NCBI GenBank assembly: GCA_028534125.1
Contig: CM052818.1
Span: forward strand, 29,328,001 to 29,392,000
Direction of reading: 5' to 3'
Length of the DNA stretch: 64,000 bases
Origin: Lama glama
Taxonomy: Eukaryota
Part shown: piece by piece, positions 12,608 through 25,672 of the stretch
How positions within the stretch are numbered: the stretch's first letter is position 1
Layout of the letters: every line of letters starts with the position of its first letter
The notes under the pieces: model-generated
What the model was told of the DNA's origin: nothing
What the model saw: the letters and a program-made list of their open reading frames with translations, nothing else
Database searches by the model: none
Translations under genes and position numbers: made by a program

Positions 12608-12757
12608 CAACACAGGTCATCTTGGCCATATCCAAGTGGTACCCATCAAAGCAGTCACAGGTGTAACCTTCCTGTACCCTGACACAGCGGCCGTTTTCAC
12701 ATCCATTGAGGATGCCACATTCTTCTGCCTGCAACTCCTCAAAACTATTTAAAAAAC
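12608..12757 (-). CDS. LTBP1: LTBP1 coding exon (equivalent to human exon 33): EGF-like domain
   Basis: cccttccag|GT ... GTTG|gtaaga. Reads (R)[49 protein letters not shown]. 150 nt, phase 1-1. Confidence 0.97.
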
Positions 12758-13924
12758 CTGGAAGGGAAAGGACAGGAGACAAGTTTTAGAAAATTTCAAC
12801 CTCTTACTCCATTTTTTAAAACTACATGATTATTAAGGTTCATCTTTCCAATACTTGAGCATTAAAATGTAAGTGAACATATCTGTTCATAATATTAAGT
12901 ATAGACTATTACAAACCTTGTATATGTTGTATAGATTAGCCTCACCTCTTGAATTCTGATGTTTATGTTTAAAAAATCACATAAAATGATAAAGCAGGGT
13001 ATTTGTTTCTGTCCTTAGTAACTGAAATTTTTTGCTTAAGATTTTAAAATTTCCTGAGTTCTCAGTAGGGCAAACTGTCTTTCAGGATGGAACCAATGGA
13101 ACTCAGTATCGAGCACAGACATTTGCTAAGAAGACCCATGAGTACTGGAGGTGGTGCTTTTTCACTTGGAGCTCCCAGAAGCAGAGACAAGCCAGCCTGG
13201 CCTTGCCAAGGGAGGTCTGTTTGTTTGCTCTAGCTTTGGAATGAGCCTTACAAAAGGGCTCTTGGGGGATCAAAGGATAAAGGCAGTAAAAAGGGACTCA
13301 AAACATTCTGATAAATGAGAAAAATACATTGTACTTGTGTTTAGAAAACCAAAAGTCTTTTTTTTTTTTTAAGAAAACAAAGAAGCTCTTGTTTGGCTCT
13401 TCTTTAGATATCTTTAACCTGATTCAGAGCTAGAGCTTAAAAGTTGTAAATATAAATCCTTGGTGACCCAAATATACTGTGAACAGGGGCCTCATTCCCC
13501 TCTCCTGCTTGTATTAGCTTTTAAGAAGAAAAAAACGTAGGACCAGACCTTTCCATTTGGCCTTTGAAGTAATTCTCCAGTGGAACTGCAGGGGGCAGCA
13601 AAATATTGTTTATGCAGGGCAGTAAGGTCTAACAGTGATTTTAAAAATTGAGTAATACATCCACGAGAGGCCATTTTTAAAATTTTAAGGGAGAAAAAAA
13701 ACTACTACTGGCTCTCATGACTGGCAGCAGATCCCCAAGGCCAATTTAAGAAGCACTGACAAGAAAATAGTCAGTCTAGGAAAGTATTTTAAATTCTAGG
13801 CAAAATCATTTTTATAAATTGTAAAATTTTTACTACAGAAATTAAAACATGAAATTAAAACTTGAAACTCCTACACACATATCAAGGACACTCCCCAAAA
13901 TACTTCTCTAGGATTCTTAAAACT

Positions 13925-14150
13925 GCAGCAGCAGAGCATAGCCCCTGCTCCAAATAGGGCTGGCTACCTGCTTTGTCAATAAAGTTTTATTGGAAGACAG
14001 CCTCACTTACATACTGACATCTCATCTGTGGCTGCTTTCCTGATACCATAGCATAGATGAGTAGCCGCAACAGAGATTAAATAAATGGCCTGCAAAGCCT
14101 AAAAATTTTATTATCTGGCTACTTATAGAAAAACTTGATCTCTGCTCTAG
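13925..14150. mobile_element. hAT MITE, MER58A-like
   Basis: aataaagttttattggaagacagcc...tgtggctgctttc...tggcctgcaaagcctaaaaattttattatctggc...tatagaaaaa. Confidence 0.75.
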
Positions 14151-15829
14151 TAAATTCCAGTTTTAAGACATACTGTTCTAACTAAAGATAACACCAACCA
14201 TCAGCTCCACTTTCTTAAACAACCAGAAGGCAGGAGACGGTGAATCGTGAAGGTGATAATAAAAGAGAGGTTGAGGTTTCCTATCTACCCAATATGATGA
14301 CTTCTGCAGCCGGGCCAGAGAGCCCTGAGGTCCCAGTCTGGGGAGGAGGAGGAGCTCTTTCTCCGTAACTGGTAAGAAATTTAAAGGGCATTACATAGTC
14401 AAAGCTGGAGGCCTTGGGAGTGCATCTCCGCTTCCCATGTTGCTAAACATGAAATTGATGTGATACCAGCATGTTTATTTCTTAACATTTGAATAGTTAG
14501 TTTCAAAGCAATGACATTAAAAAAAGGTACCTAAGTCAAAACATTTCAACCTTAAAATCCTGGCATCTGAACTATAATGTGTTAGACGTTACGCACACAA
14601 GCAATGGGCTTGTGTCAGAGTTAAACATAGATTTACCCTGGTATTTTGGATCTAGGGGGCAGGCAAACTGTACTTTCTTTCAACCTTAGTATTTTTTTCT
14701 TTATTTTAAAGTCAATATTAACTGACCTCTAACATGTATACAGAGAAGTGTATAAATCATAAGTATACAGTCTTATAGCTGTTAATGTATTTAGGCACAT
14801 TTCTTGAAATAATTCATGGTTATTTGTGGTTGATTAAAAGAAATCACCTAAGGTGTTAGAAGTTAGGACAGTTATCCTGAGGTGGGGTGGGGGTGGCTGA
14901 GAGAGGGCACCAAGGGCCATCTGCATGCTGGCCAGGGTCCAGACCCACCCTATACCAGTCTGGAAGCCCCAACCTAGGTGAATGGGTAGAATGCTGTTTC
15001 CATGTAAGTTTTTGAGCAGTTCTGATTTGCATGAATCATCAATATACTGCATCCTTTAAAAAAAAAAAGGGGAGGGGGCAGGGAGGAGAAGGGAAGGAGG
15101 GAAACAGACCCCGAAGTGAAGTAGCTTCAACAGTGCTTGTGTGGCACATCAGGCCCCTGGGCAGGGTCCCCAAAGACATCTGCCTTACTGGCTTTCAGAA
15201 TTCAGCAGTGTCTCCACCAGCCTAACCCCACCTCCCAGGTCCACAGGGATTCTGGCTGGAATCCCTGGAGCCACTTCAGGCACTGCACCGAGGCCCCTCG
15301 GGAGAATTCTGTGGACCAGGCACCTGGATTCTGCACTGCTCCTAGTCCTGTTCTTGAATGCTGACAACCTATTATCTACTGATATTTCAGTTTGTACCAT
15401 CCCATTTTTCAGACTTCACATAATATGTCTGTACATGAACACTTTGGTCTCTCCCACAGACATATTTAGCTCATGTGGTGGCCTCAGCCGGGATGCTCTG
15501 CTCACAAGTCCAGGAAGAGCCAGTGCACGTCGTTTCTGGCTTAATAAACCCCCTCATAAGTGAATTCTAACAATTAAGTCTCTGACCAGGAGAGCAATGG
15601 TTTTACCTCCCACTCAAAATGCTTATAAAGATCAACTCGACAGAGTTAATACTGATCATTTCCTTGTATGAAACAAGACTACAGTATAACCAAGCTTTCA
15701 AGAAAACTCTGGCCCATAAAGTAGGCCACCACTTCATGGGTTAAAAAAATGACTGTTATGGAAACTAATCATTTTCTTTAAAGAAAATAAACGTAACGGC
15801 AGCCCCACCAGTGAGACTCATAACTGATC

Positions 15830-15975
15830 TGGTGGTTCTCAAACTTGAGTGAGTGTAAGGGTTACCCAGAGGGTGGGTAAAACTGACTTGTGGGTCTCAT
15901 CCCAGTTTGATTCAGCAGAGCCCAGAAATGTGCATTTCTAACAAGTTCCCAGGGACTACATTTTTAGAACCACTG
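15830..15975. mobile_element. hAT MITE, MER5A-like
   Basis: Terminal repeats gtggttctc ... agaaccactg, with internal tgcatttctaacaagttcccagg. Confidence 0.75.
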
Positions 15976-16026
15976 ACTAATCTAAACCATGGTTTAGTCC
16001 AAAAGGAACCAAAGAATTTTGCTCAC

Positions 16027-16149
16027 GGTCCTGAATGAAGTAGGGGTCGGCCTCGGGAGCGTACTGTTCACTGAAGTCCACCAAGGCGTCTCGTCCGTAT
16101 GGCCGCCGGCGTCCTGCGACAGGGATGTTACACAGCTGGGCGTAGTCAT
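16027..16149 (-). CDS. LTBP1: LTBP1 coding exon (equivalent to human exon 32): end of the last TB domain and linker
   Basis: ctttctag|AT ... GACC|gtgagc. Reads (D)DYAQLCNIPVAGRRRPYGRDALVDFSEQYAPEADPYFIQD. 123 nt, phase 1-1. Confidence 0.96.
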
Positions 16150-16764
16150 CTAGAAAGGAAACAAGGAACGCGTCACACCACTGCTGCTGGCTCGCACCTG
16201 GACGCACCCACTCACCGCTCAGAGCATCAGGAACCCACCAGGGCGCCGTCCCACTGCATGCCCGGATCTCCTATGCTCACCCCGATCCTGGAACGTCTCA
16301 GTATCCTTTATGGGTGCTCTGTTTACATGCACACGCAAGTCATTCTGTACAGCACAATTAAGACCCAGAATTGAAGGCCAAAAATAGTAGCTGAAAGGTT
16401 AGACTCTATCGCAGGAGAGTGAGGACCTGATAGTGAGCCAGCTGCGAGTGCCGCCAGCGTTTTGGAAGAACAGCTTTATTGGAACCCACTGGTTGTTTTC
16501 ATCAAAACATTTGACATGTACAAAATAGTCATTCTTACAGATAGATAGATACATACTATTCCATTCACTAGAGGCAGAAGAAAAATGTCTCTCTGGTGAT
16601 CCAAAAACGAGAACCACCAAGTGAGGATGCTACTAGGTACCACTTGAAGTATGTAGCGACTGTAATACCTCTCTACTCAAGACCTGGTCCTTATGATGAA
16701 TAGCATTACAGCAGTGATGATCATTGTCATAATAGCAGGAACAGTGAGGTAATGGTACTAGGAA

Positions 16765-16990
16765 TAATAATGGCTAACAGTTGTGTAGTGTTTGCTCTCT
16801 GCCAGACACTGTTCTAAACACTTAATGTACATTAATTCACTAAAACATTTACAGTACCCTGTAAAGAGCCACTATCATCATCTCCATTTTACCAGTGGGA
16901 AACGGAAGCATGGAGTGGTTAAATGACAGCTGGTGTGAGGCAGTGCTGTATCTGAACTCAGTCCTGAAGCTCAAGGGTGTAGACAGTTAA
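16765..16990. mobile_element. MIR SINE
   Basis: tgccagacactgttctaaacactt...tctccattttaccagtgggaaacggaagcatggag (MIR core). Confidence 0.7.
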
Positions 16991-17595
16991 CATTCTCCCT
17001 CTCTCACGTCTGTCTCAGCCCCTTTGTAGTGCTTGGGTTTGCCTCGGCTGCACCCCAGCTACATGCATCTGCAGTTACCGCTTCCTGAGGCCATATCCCC
17101 ACCCCCGAGGATATCTGACTTCCAAACTCCCCTTTGGCCTTCCTCACAGGCGTCCCCTAGCACTTGGGATCTTGTTGGTTCTCCATTTGTTCTGGGGTGA
17201 CTGACCTTTCAATGCTTTTCATGGTCCCAGGCTCTTGCCTGCATTTCGGAGCAGCATTATCTAGAAGGTCTAGAGAGGAAAGCTTTAGAAGAGATAGCTT
17301 CATGTTTTGAACGGACATTTGATGGAAAATATCCTGCCCAAGGATTCATGTAGCAGTTGGTGAAAATTCTGGGGCTCCCCAGACTTCAACTCCTCCAGAG
17401 TGGCAGGTCAGCAGCCCCAGGACTGGGTAGACACTCTCAGGACAGCCACACAAGGCAACAGCCACACTTGCCTGGGCTGTAAAGGACCTTTCCTCTATTT
17501 TGTTTCCTTCTGTAACAAAACTAAAGAAAAGCACTGAGGCAAATATGTAAACTCTCAAGGCTTTCTTCTATCACCACTATTTAAAGGAGTCAAAG

Positions 17596-17646
17596 GTGTG
17601 AGCACGCGTGTGTGTGCATGCGTGTATATGCACACACACTCGCACA
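17596..17646. repeat. Mixed (TG)n/(CA)n alternating purine-pyrimidine tract
   Basis: gtgtgagcacgcgtgtgtgtgcatgcgtgtatatgcacacacactcgcaca. Confidence 0.75.
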
Positions 17647-18924
17647 TTCTCCCTAAAAATGCAAAAAGGGAATGTAAAACCAGAAAAGACCCTGCACCAC
17701 TAGACACGGTGGGATTATGGTTGCCCTTCCTAAAATTCTCTTTGTGGGAAGCACTCCAGGAACGACACCCCCCTCAGATGCTCCCAGCACTTTCACATGA
17801 AACCATGGGAAACGTGAATTTCACTAAGGAAATAGCTAAACCTGGAAAATGATCCCTGACTCACAAAAATACACCTTCAAACAAAGAGAACACAAACGGC
17901 TGTCAGTTCTGCTTCAAGTCTGAAAGAGAAAAATTAAGGATTTCCCTGCGCGGGTAAGATGGCAGAAATGTTTACAAGTGTCATGCACTGAGGTGGTTTT
18001 CTCTCCTGACTTTTTATATACCTTTGCTGTACATCTGGAAAGGAGGTTTGCTCAGCGTTTCCTATCTATCTAAGCAACAACTGTGATCGAGTGGATATGA
18101 ACACTGTAACATGACTATTTCAATTAAAAAAAACCAAAAACAAAAAGAGTGGGTATGAAAAATAAATTAATTCACGTTCTTATTTTCTAAAACTAAATCC
18201 AGAGATGGCCGAGCAGATGTTCCTCTCCAGCTCCCGGCTGTCAGGCCCCTAGACCGTATGTCCTCCGCCACGAAATGAGCTGGCCTCTGCCCTCCAAGCT
18301 CTCACCCTCGAACCTCACAAAAGGAAGGGACCAAGTGTGAGAGGGGAGGAGGAGGAACAGGCTTCTGTTCTTGTGTGATGTTTGTGAACAGCTTCCTGGA
18401 AAAGGTAGGCCTTGACCTGAAACTAAGTAGATGAACAGGGATTACTTCATAGAGGACATTGTGGATTTTAAAAAGAGCTTAAAAAGGCACATGAGAGCAA
18501 ACTGTAAGCTGTGTCTGGGGACAACCAAGTGGTTCCCAAGGAAGGCTCTGGTAAAGCAGAGCCCCGGAGCAGAAGAGCATAAGGGGTGGGGTAGGACCTC
18601 TGGGGTTTGCTGCATCTTCCTTCCCCTCCCTTCTGCCCTGATCAGGCATTTTCCTCTTAAGATTCTAGTACTTGCTGTCCTAGGCTGCTTCACTTTGACT
18701 CACACATTAACAATCCAAACTTCAACAAGATAGTTTTGCTCAGTTATCAAAACAACATTTCTGCATTGAATGTACTCTTTTCTATCTGAAGATGTGCTAC
18801 AGTCCCAGCACCGCCAGCACATGCATTCTGAGTTATTTCCCTGGGAGCATGGAGGGGTCTATCCTAATCCATCCATGCTTCCTCTCCCGTCACACACACC
18901 TGCTCTCGTTCTTGGCCAAGAGCG

Positions 18925-19120
18925 TGGGCTACGGAGGCAGAAGCTGGGGCTCAAGTCCTGATTGTGCCATTTACTCTCCAGCTTAGCAATTCTGGGCAAG
19001 CCTCAGTTTCCACATCTGTCACATGGGGATAAAACAATTCCTGTTTGCATCTGTGTTCCAGACGTACAAAAAATAAGATGATGTTATGGAACTCTTCATA
19101 CATTTTGAAGCACCAGGAAA
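18925..19120. mobile_element. MIR SINE
   Basis: ctggggctcaagtcctg...gccatttact...ctgggcaag cctcagtttccacatctgtcacatggggataa. Confidence 0.65.
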
Positions 19121-21599
19121 AATGGAGGTTATAGTTTTATCTCTTAGTAAAAATCACTCAAGTCCCTACTGACCATCTGGAAATAAATGGATTTTCAAAG
19201 ACAGTATCAGAATGATTGATACAAATTTTAGTGTTAGCAAAACTTTAAAGGTAGTGGTCAGTGGGCAAAGAACTGTGCCATAAATTAAGAGTAATGAAAG
19301 TGCAGTCTCCAGATGTTTTTAGATATTGTTTCAAGATTTGGAATTTTTAAATAGAGGGAAACTCCAGCTCAGTAAACAAGAGAAAGATGTCTTCATGGAG
19401 TTCATCTCAAGAATTACTGCCTGCCTTGGCAAATTTAATCCCTTGGTCAGACAGTGATAAAGCATCAGCAACAGCATGTTTTAACACTAGATCAACAGAA
19501 CTCAAAATACAGGGGGGGAACGGATGTTCAACAATTGCTAGTATATACCTGAATCCTTTAGGAATGTCTGCAGTAGACAGCGGGTTTCTCATCTTGTAAG
19601 GGAGCAGCGGGAACATGAGAGCTTTCTGTTGAGTCTTGGGCAAGGTGTTTTCTTCAGGACCTGGGCACATGCATGTTCCTCACACGTGCTGGGTCTCTGA
19701 GCACCCCAAGCCACAACCGGAACCCATCTCTCTTGGAGGCGCTTGACCTTGGTCACCCCCAGGGCTGGGTCCTGGCTCCAGCCCAGTTTGGGAAGGAAGT
19801 GGATTATGGTTGGCTGAGAGTATAGAGCCTGGGAACTGCAGACCCCAGACCTGTTTCCATAACTTCCGATGGGAGCCCATGAGAATCTGCTGGCTGCCAC
19901 TTCATCCAGCTCAGCGTGTAGAGGTGGATCCGTTTTTCTATCCCTAGAGTCTTCTTCCTTCTGCAGGACATTCTTAAGCATGTCAGTAACAACTAAGCAC
20001 CCAGTTCTCTGGGGCTTGGTGCAAAGGAAGAGCTCTGCTTAGCAGGGCTTGTACTTGGTGAGGCAAATGCCCTTTCTGAGACACCACACAACGTGTCCAT
20101 CCAGGATCTCACCAAATAAGAGCGTGAAATGGACAGGACAAGGAAACAGTCACACCTGAGTCCTCCCACTTACTGCAACCCCCCCCTTCAGGCACAAATG
20201 TGAAGCTCTTGATCAAAGCTACAAGAGACACAAACGGGATGGGATGGGCCACCATCACTACGCGGTCTAAACAAGATCCAGGCCACTGATCACACTCACT
20301 TCCCTGGCACAGCAGAGCCGCATGACAGATGGTGCTGCTTTGATTTTAATTTTAAATGGAAAAAAAGTTTAAAAATTACCCCTTGGAGTCAGGGGGTCTG
20401 GGACCCCCTGCTGTCAGCAGCAATGGGAAGCACAATACTATATCCCAGCAGGAAATCTTCATTCCTGATGACAGACACATCTGTGGGGCTGGTCTGGGCC
20501 GTCCCACGTCACAGTGCCACTTTGGCATGTGAGGAAACTGGGGGATGAAGTTTTCCTTCTGACTGAGGCAGATTAAATACAGCTGCTTTGAGAACCAATT
20601 AAGAGACTGCATTTCATTCTCCACATGTCAGAGCCGAAAACCTTGTGCTCTGAAGTTTGAAGCGCATCATTTTCAAATAAAGAAGCAGCAGGAACCAGTC
20701 CACATGCATTAAAAATGGATCATATTTTGCTCAGATTTCTAGACCAGGTGTTTTTCTTACAGGCCTCCACTTGCACTCTTAATTGATGATGGTGTTTGGA
20801 GAACATACACACCAAGAAATGGAGGAAGGAGACAGGGAGAAGGGAATGAGTATTCACCCCAGCACGTGTTGAATCAGCAGTAAAATAGGCATTTTCCTGT
20901 GAAATGAGCAAAAGCTATGGAATTAGAAGAATGTTCACCGTTTACAGAACATACCATCCAGTGCTGATGACAGAGGAAGGAATGTAAGAGGATTCCACTG
21001 GCAATGCCACACCCTGGGAACTGGCCATCTCTTGAGGTGTCTGTCTGCTTAAGTTCTTTCTCAGACAGTAAACTCTTACCCACAGTGCCTGCTGAACAGG
21101 CAGAGTCAGCCTGATTCCATTATGTTAAAACCTGCTGCGTGGTGAGAGAAAATTAGGTCTTCTAAAAAGAGAAAGGACCCGGAGTCCGAAGTCGTGGGTT
21201 CTAGTCCTGCTGCTTCCTATTCCTCGCACAGATACCTTTCCCTGAGCTTCATCTATGAAAGAGAAGTCTGGTTCTCTGCCTTAGCAGCATTAACGGCAGG
21301 TCATTGTTCCATTCAGCGACTGACTGAATGGCTGAGAACACTACCGCGGGGGGGGGGGGGTACGAAATGACAGTGCACAGACAGGTGCCACAGCACCTGC
21401 TGGAGAGGCCATGCCTAGAGCCAGCCAGGCAGAGCCAGGAAAGCTTGGCCCTGGAGGTGAGCATCTACAGGAAGGGGGTCAAGCGGCTGAAGAGGAGGAG
21501 GGAAGGTAAAGCAGAGCCCCAGGCATGCAGAACGGAGAAGAGAGCCTTAGGGAGGTGGAAGGACCACAGAACGCTGCCTACTACAGATCCCTGCCGACG

Positions 21600-21840
21600 G
21601 GCACTGGGAAAAAGGGATGTTAACCAACGTGCACCGTTAAGCTCCTCTGGGTCAGGTGCCGTGTACCTTGCGTGCACTTTTCCCTTCAAATCTCAGAATC
21701 CTATGAAATAACTGTAATTAGCTCCTTTCGTTTCCGGTAAGAAAACTAAGGTTTAGAGCGTAAGTGTCCCAGCTGAGTTGAAGGATCTGACCCTAAGTTA
21801 GTCCAGCTCCAAGACCATGTTCTTCCTGCTCCACAGCCGC
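21600..21840. mobile_element. MIR SINE (degenerate)
   Basis: cctatgaaataactgtaattagctcctttcg...taagaaaactaaggtttagag...gtccagctccaagacc. Confidence 0.55.
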
Positions 21841-23173
21841 CCTTCTGAAACCCTGAGAAGCAAATTATGAGGTAGGTTCCCCAGACTGTAAGCACTGGGT
21901 AAATACTTAGTACAGCAATAAGCATTTGTGACTAAAGTTCCTGAGGGAGTAATAAGCGTGACTGCTGATGAGCTCAGCCACCAGGGGCAGCTTTATCACT
22001 AGCAGGATTTATGTTTATTGAATTTGCTCGATTTATTAGGTGAAAGAGATCAAATTGCTTAATGTCCAATTAAATTGTACTTGTTGAGGACAGGGAAGTA
22101 ATGAAGTCTAACGTCCTGGCAGGGGCTACGTTCTGCGGGACTCCTATAAATATTAAGGCTCTAAGGAAACTCACCGGCTGCAGACGAGTCAAGTTCCCCC
22201 AGCCCCCCCCCCTTCATCTAATGCTGTCCTCCCAATTCAGCCATTCCCCGCGTTTTCAATCACATTGCTCATGCTGCAGCCAGACTCTAACTGGAGAGAG
22301 AGATTTGTTGGGTATGAATGCCAAAAAATGGAGGCTCCATTTAGAAATCCATTTCTAAAACCTGGATTCAAAATTTAAACACTTATAATGGCATTAAATT
22401 ATGCCACACATGAAAACCTTAAGATACTGATTGATAACTTACGGATTTCTTATTAAGGACTGCATGAAAGGTCTTCCCCATTTCTAAATAAACAGGGCTT
22501 TGGAAATAAAACATTATGTCTTGCATTCAGGCAATCTCAGAGGAATTTAGGAATGAGGTAACTTCTAATATTTGATAAGAGACAAGACTGGACAATACAG
22601 TAAACAAGGAAATAGGAAAGTTCAACATGTTAATTTTCTAAACAAATCTACTTATTTTTCTAACTGCAGGGACAGATAAACAGTTTCATTTCCTCCTTTC
22701 CTACTCTTTAAGTACCTCTGAAGTGACAATCTGAGCAGCCAACAATCAGGAAAAATAAATATTACATGTAACGAATACATTTTTTTTCTCGTATGATGTT
22801 TCTTGCATCAACCAAGAATTATTTTAAAATCTGAGCTATGTGTGTGCTTAAGAATGAAAAGGAGGTTGCACACACAGGGAATATACTAAATGCCACTGAC
22901 TTGTTCACTATATAATGCTTGATTTCATGTCATGTGACTTTAACCCCAATTTGAAAAAAATGTTGAGAAACAAAAAAGTGTGTTCTTTAAACTGGTATTC
23001 ATTTAATCTTTCTATTTTTAGTTGGTAAAATAAGAAAACAAGACTAGCTGATTTCTAAGATTCTTTCTAGCTTACATATTCTACAATTCTAAGTAGAAAA
23101 TATTTACTGTTAGGCTGCAAAATACTGAGAAGACAACAGGGTCATTGAAACTTGCGACTTCAATATGAGGTAA

Positions 23174-23192
23174 TCGCCGCTAGGTGGCGCTA
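23174..23192 (+). promoter_or_regulatory. Candidate CTCF binding site
   Basis: TCGCCGCTAGGTGGCGCTA closely fits the CTCF core (consensus approximately TGGCCACCAGGGGGCGCTA). Three CpGs are retained in an AT-rich intron. Confidence 0.7.
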
Positions 23193-25672
23193 CTGCTTTT
23201 AGGTGGTGCTCAGCTGGGTGTTTCCACAAGACTGACAATAGTGGAACTGAACACAACTTACAGTGCATTGACATTCTAACCTGTAAGGATAATCTAACAC
23301 TCATTCATTTTTCTGCTTAGGAAACTGAGGTCCAGAGAAATTTAATGATATTCCAAAGGTCAAGTCAGGATAAATTCTCAAAACATTGTTTTCTTTTAAT
23401 AAAAAAAAAAACCAGTATTAAAATATAAGGGTAAAAATAAGTGTATTTTCAAGTATCTTAACCTTGCTCATTTTAAGTTTGGAAGCTGTTCAAAACTCTC
23501 CTGATTAATATTCAGAAGTACAGATCCCAAGGTTATGAAACAAAGATATACTGCCTAATCATTTGAAAAGCAAGTTCTAGGTAATTAATGGAATATTCAG
23601 GTCACACTAAACATAATAAATTATTCATAAATGTGTATTCCATTTAGTTATAGGAAATAAGATAAAGCTGCAAAGCAAAACTAAGCTATTTTAAGATCTG
23701 TACCTCTGTTTTATGATTTTCTCACATGTTGCTACTTATCTTAATGCGAAGTGACTCTTCTTACCTTCCCCTCTGCATCTACTCAGGATCAGATACAGTC
23801 CTAGGAGCTCTCCCCCCAGCAGTGACTTCTCTGGCTACACTGGTAGCCATTCTGCCAAAGGCACCTAGATTATGATGTGCATGGTAACTTCTAAGGTTGA
23901 ACAGCGCACAACCAGCACAACTGTTCATAACTGTTCTGTTTGCTGCTGAGACCTGAAGCTCAGAAGGGAGCATAGGAGGAGGCCTTGGTGTGCCCAGAAG
24001 CCTCCCCAGGAGCTACTCTTTTGAAATTTGCTTCTTAAAGACACGGCCACTGATGCTGAGCAGAACAGTTACCACCCTAGCTTCTGCTGCGTGCAGATTG
24101 ATGTCAGCATGCTTCCCGAGCACTTTCTAGATGCTTTCCTCCCAATCCTAGGAGGTACAATCCGTCTGTTGCACGAAGGGAGAGGAGATAAACTTTCTTT
24201 CCTTCAACCTTCCTCTGCCAGGCATGCCTGCTCTAGCCACGGAGTTGGCATTTAAAAGGCATGGCAGCCAGGGTCTTTGTTCTAGCCACAGTTGTCTTAT
24301 AAAGTCAATTAAGAAAAAGGTCAAAATACATACAATGTTATTTGAATTCAAAACCTCAAACACAGAACAGGACTTTAAGCAATTACATCCAGTGAGTTTT
24401 TTCACAGCCCCACTCAGTTCATTTTCTTACAGTCCATTTCAACTAGTATTGAAGAGGGAAAAAAAATCCTGTTAGCAAAGCTTACTTTTTTAAAAATGTG
24501 AAAGTAAAATTTTCCCTAAAGAGCAAATCAAGGTAAAATGGAAAAGGCATTTCTAGAAAATGGAATGCCTACTCATAATCTCTGATCTCAATGTAGAAAG
24601 TTCAAAGTGCTAAAATTTTATTTGAAATCAGTTAGATTGCTTGTTAATGAAAAATAGTGTTGCTTTTGGTGATCAGATTCACATGCATGGTGTTCATTTC
24701 ACATGCATGTCTTAATGCCTCTACTCTGGCTCTAAACTAAATTCTAATAGGAATCAGGGCAATTATAATCACAATGAAAGTTATTCTCTAGTCAGAATAT
24801 TTTATATAACAGACTATGGCCAAATACCTTCTTAGCACTTCAGTGCAGAGCTCTTAGGAAAGTAAGACACCCCAAAGTCCACGTTGTACACACTCGAAGA
24901 CCTCAGATGGCCATCTTTCCATCAAATTCCCCTCCCATTTAACTGTTCTGTAATTGTTGTTAAGGCCAGCTGGTCCTCCCCAGCTGCCAGTACAAACCCT
25001 CGCTGACTCACGCCAACTCCAGGGAACTGAGTTTGGGAACTGCGGCCGGTCCCAGGACCCTCCTCCCATGTTCTGTCGCCAACAGTTTAGCAGGAAAGGA
25101 AAAGTCTCCCCCTCAGAGTTTTTTCCCCCCTTTTAAACTTTACTTACTCTGAGACAAAAACATGTTTCCTTTTCTAGTATGTTTCTAATGCATGACTACA
25201 ATATGATCATAACCTGAACATGACTTGTTCATTGCTTTCTCTTTCTCTAGTGCACCTGCCAAACACAAGGTTGTTTTAAAATAAAAAACCCATTTCAGCT
25301 TCATTTCTAGTGTTCTTCCTCTGATGCACAGGCCCTGTTTTCGTCCCTGGCCTCTGTGTCACACGTTCCTGTTTATTTACTCCCTTTCACAGTCCAGGAT
25401 ATCGTTCCCGGATTGGAAAAAGAGGCCCTGACCTGCGGCAACAGCGCTGTCCGGCTGGGGCCCTTGATCGAGCGTTCAGCAACCCACCTCCTCCCTGCCC
25501 TTCTCCAGCGTACATCTGGGGAAGGAGAAGGAACAACGTTAAGCTCCAAACTGAAAATACAGGCCTTTCCTTAAGTGTGCGTTTGTATGGGGCAGTAGTG
25601 GGAGTTGGAGAAGGTCCACAAAAATGCAAATATTTTCTTAAACTAGTTCTCGACCTTTTTTCCAATCCCAGC

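Noticed and set aside
15031..15563. 140-aa ORF and overlapping ORFs antisense to LTBP1
   Set aside because: No domain-like content or splice support. Consistent with chance ORFs in GC-richer intron.
21975..21992. CTCF-like CAGCCACCAGGGGCAGC
   Set aside because: One G short of the core spacing, so the downstream GGC is out of register.
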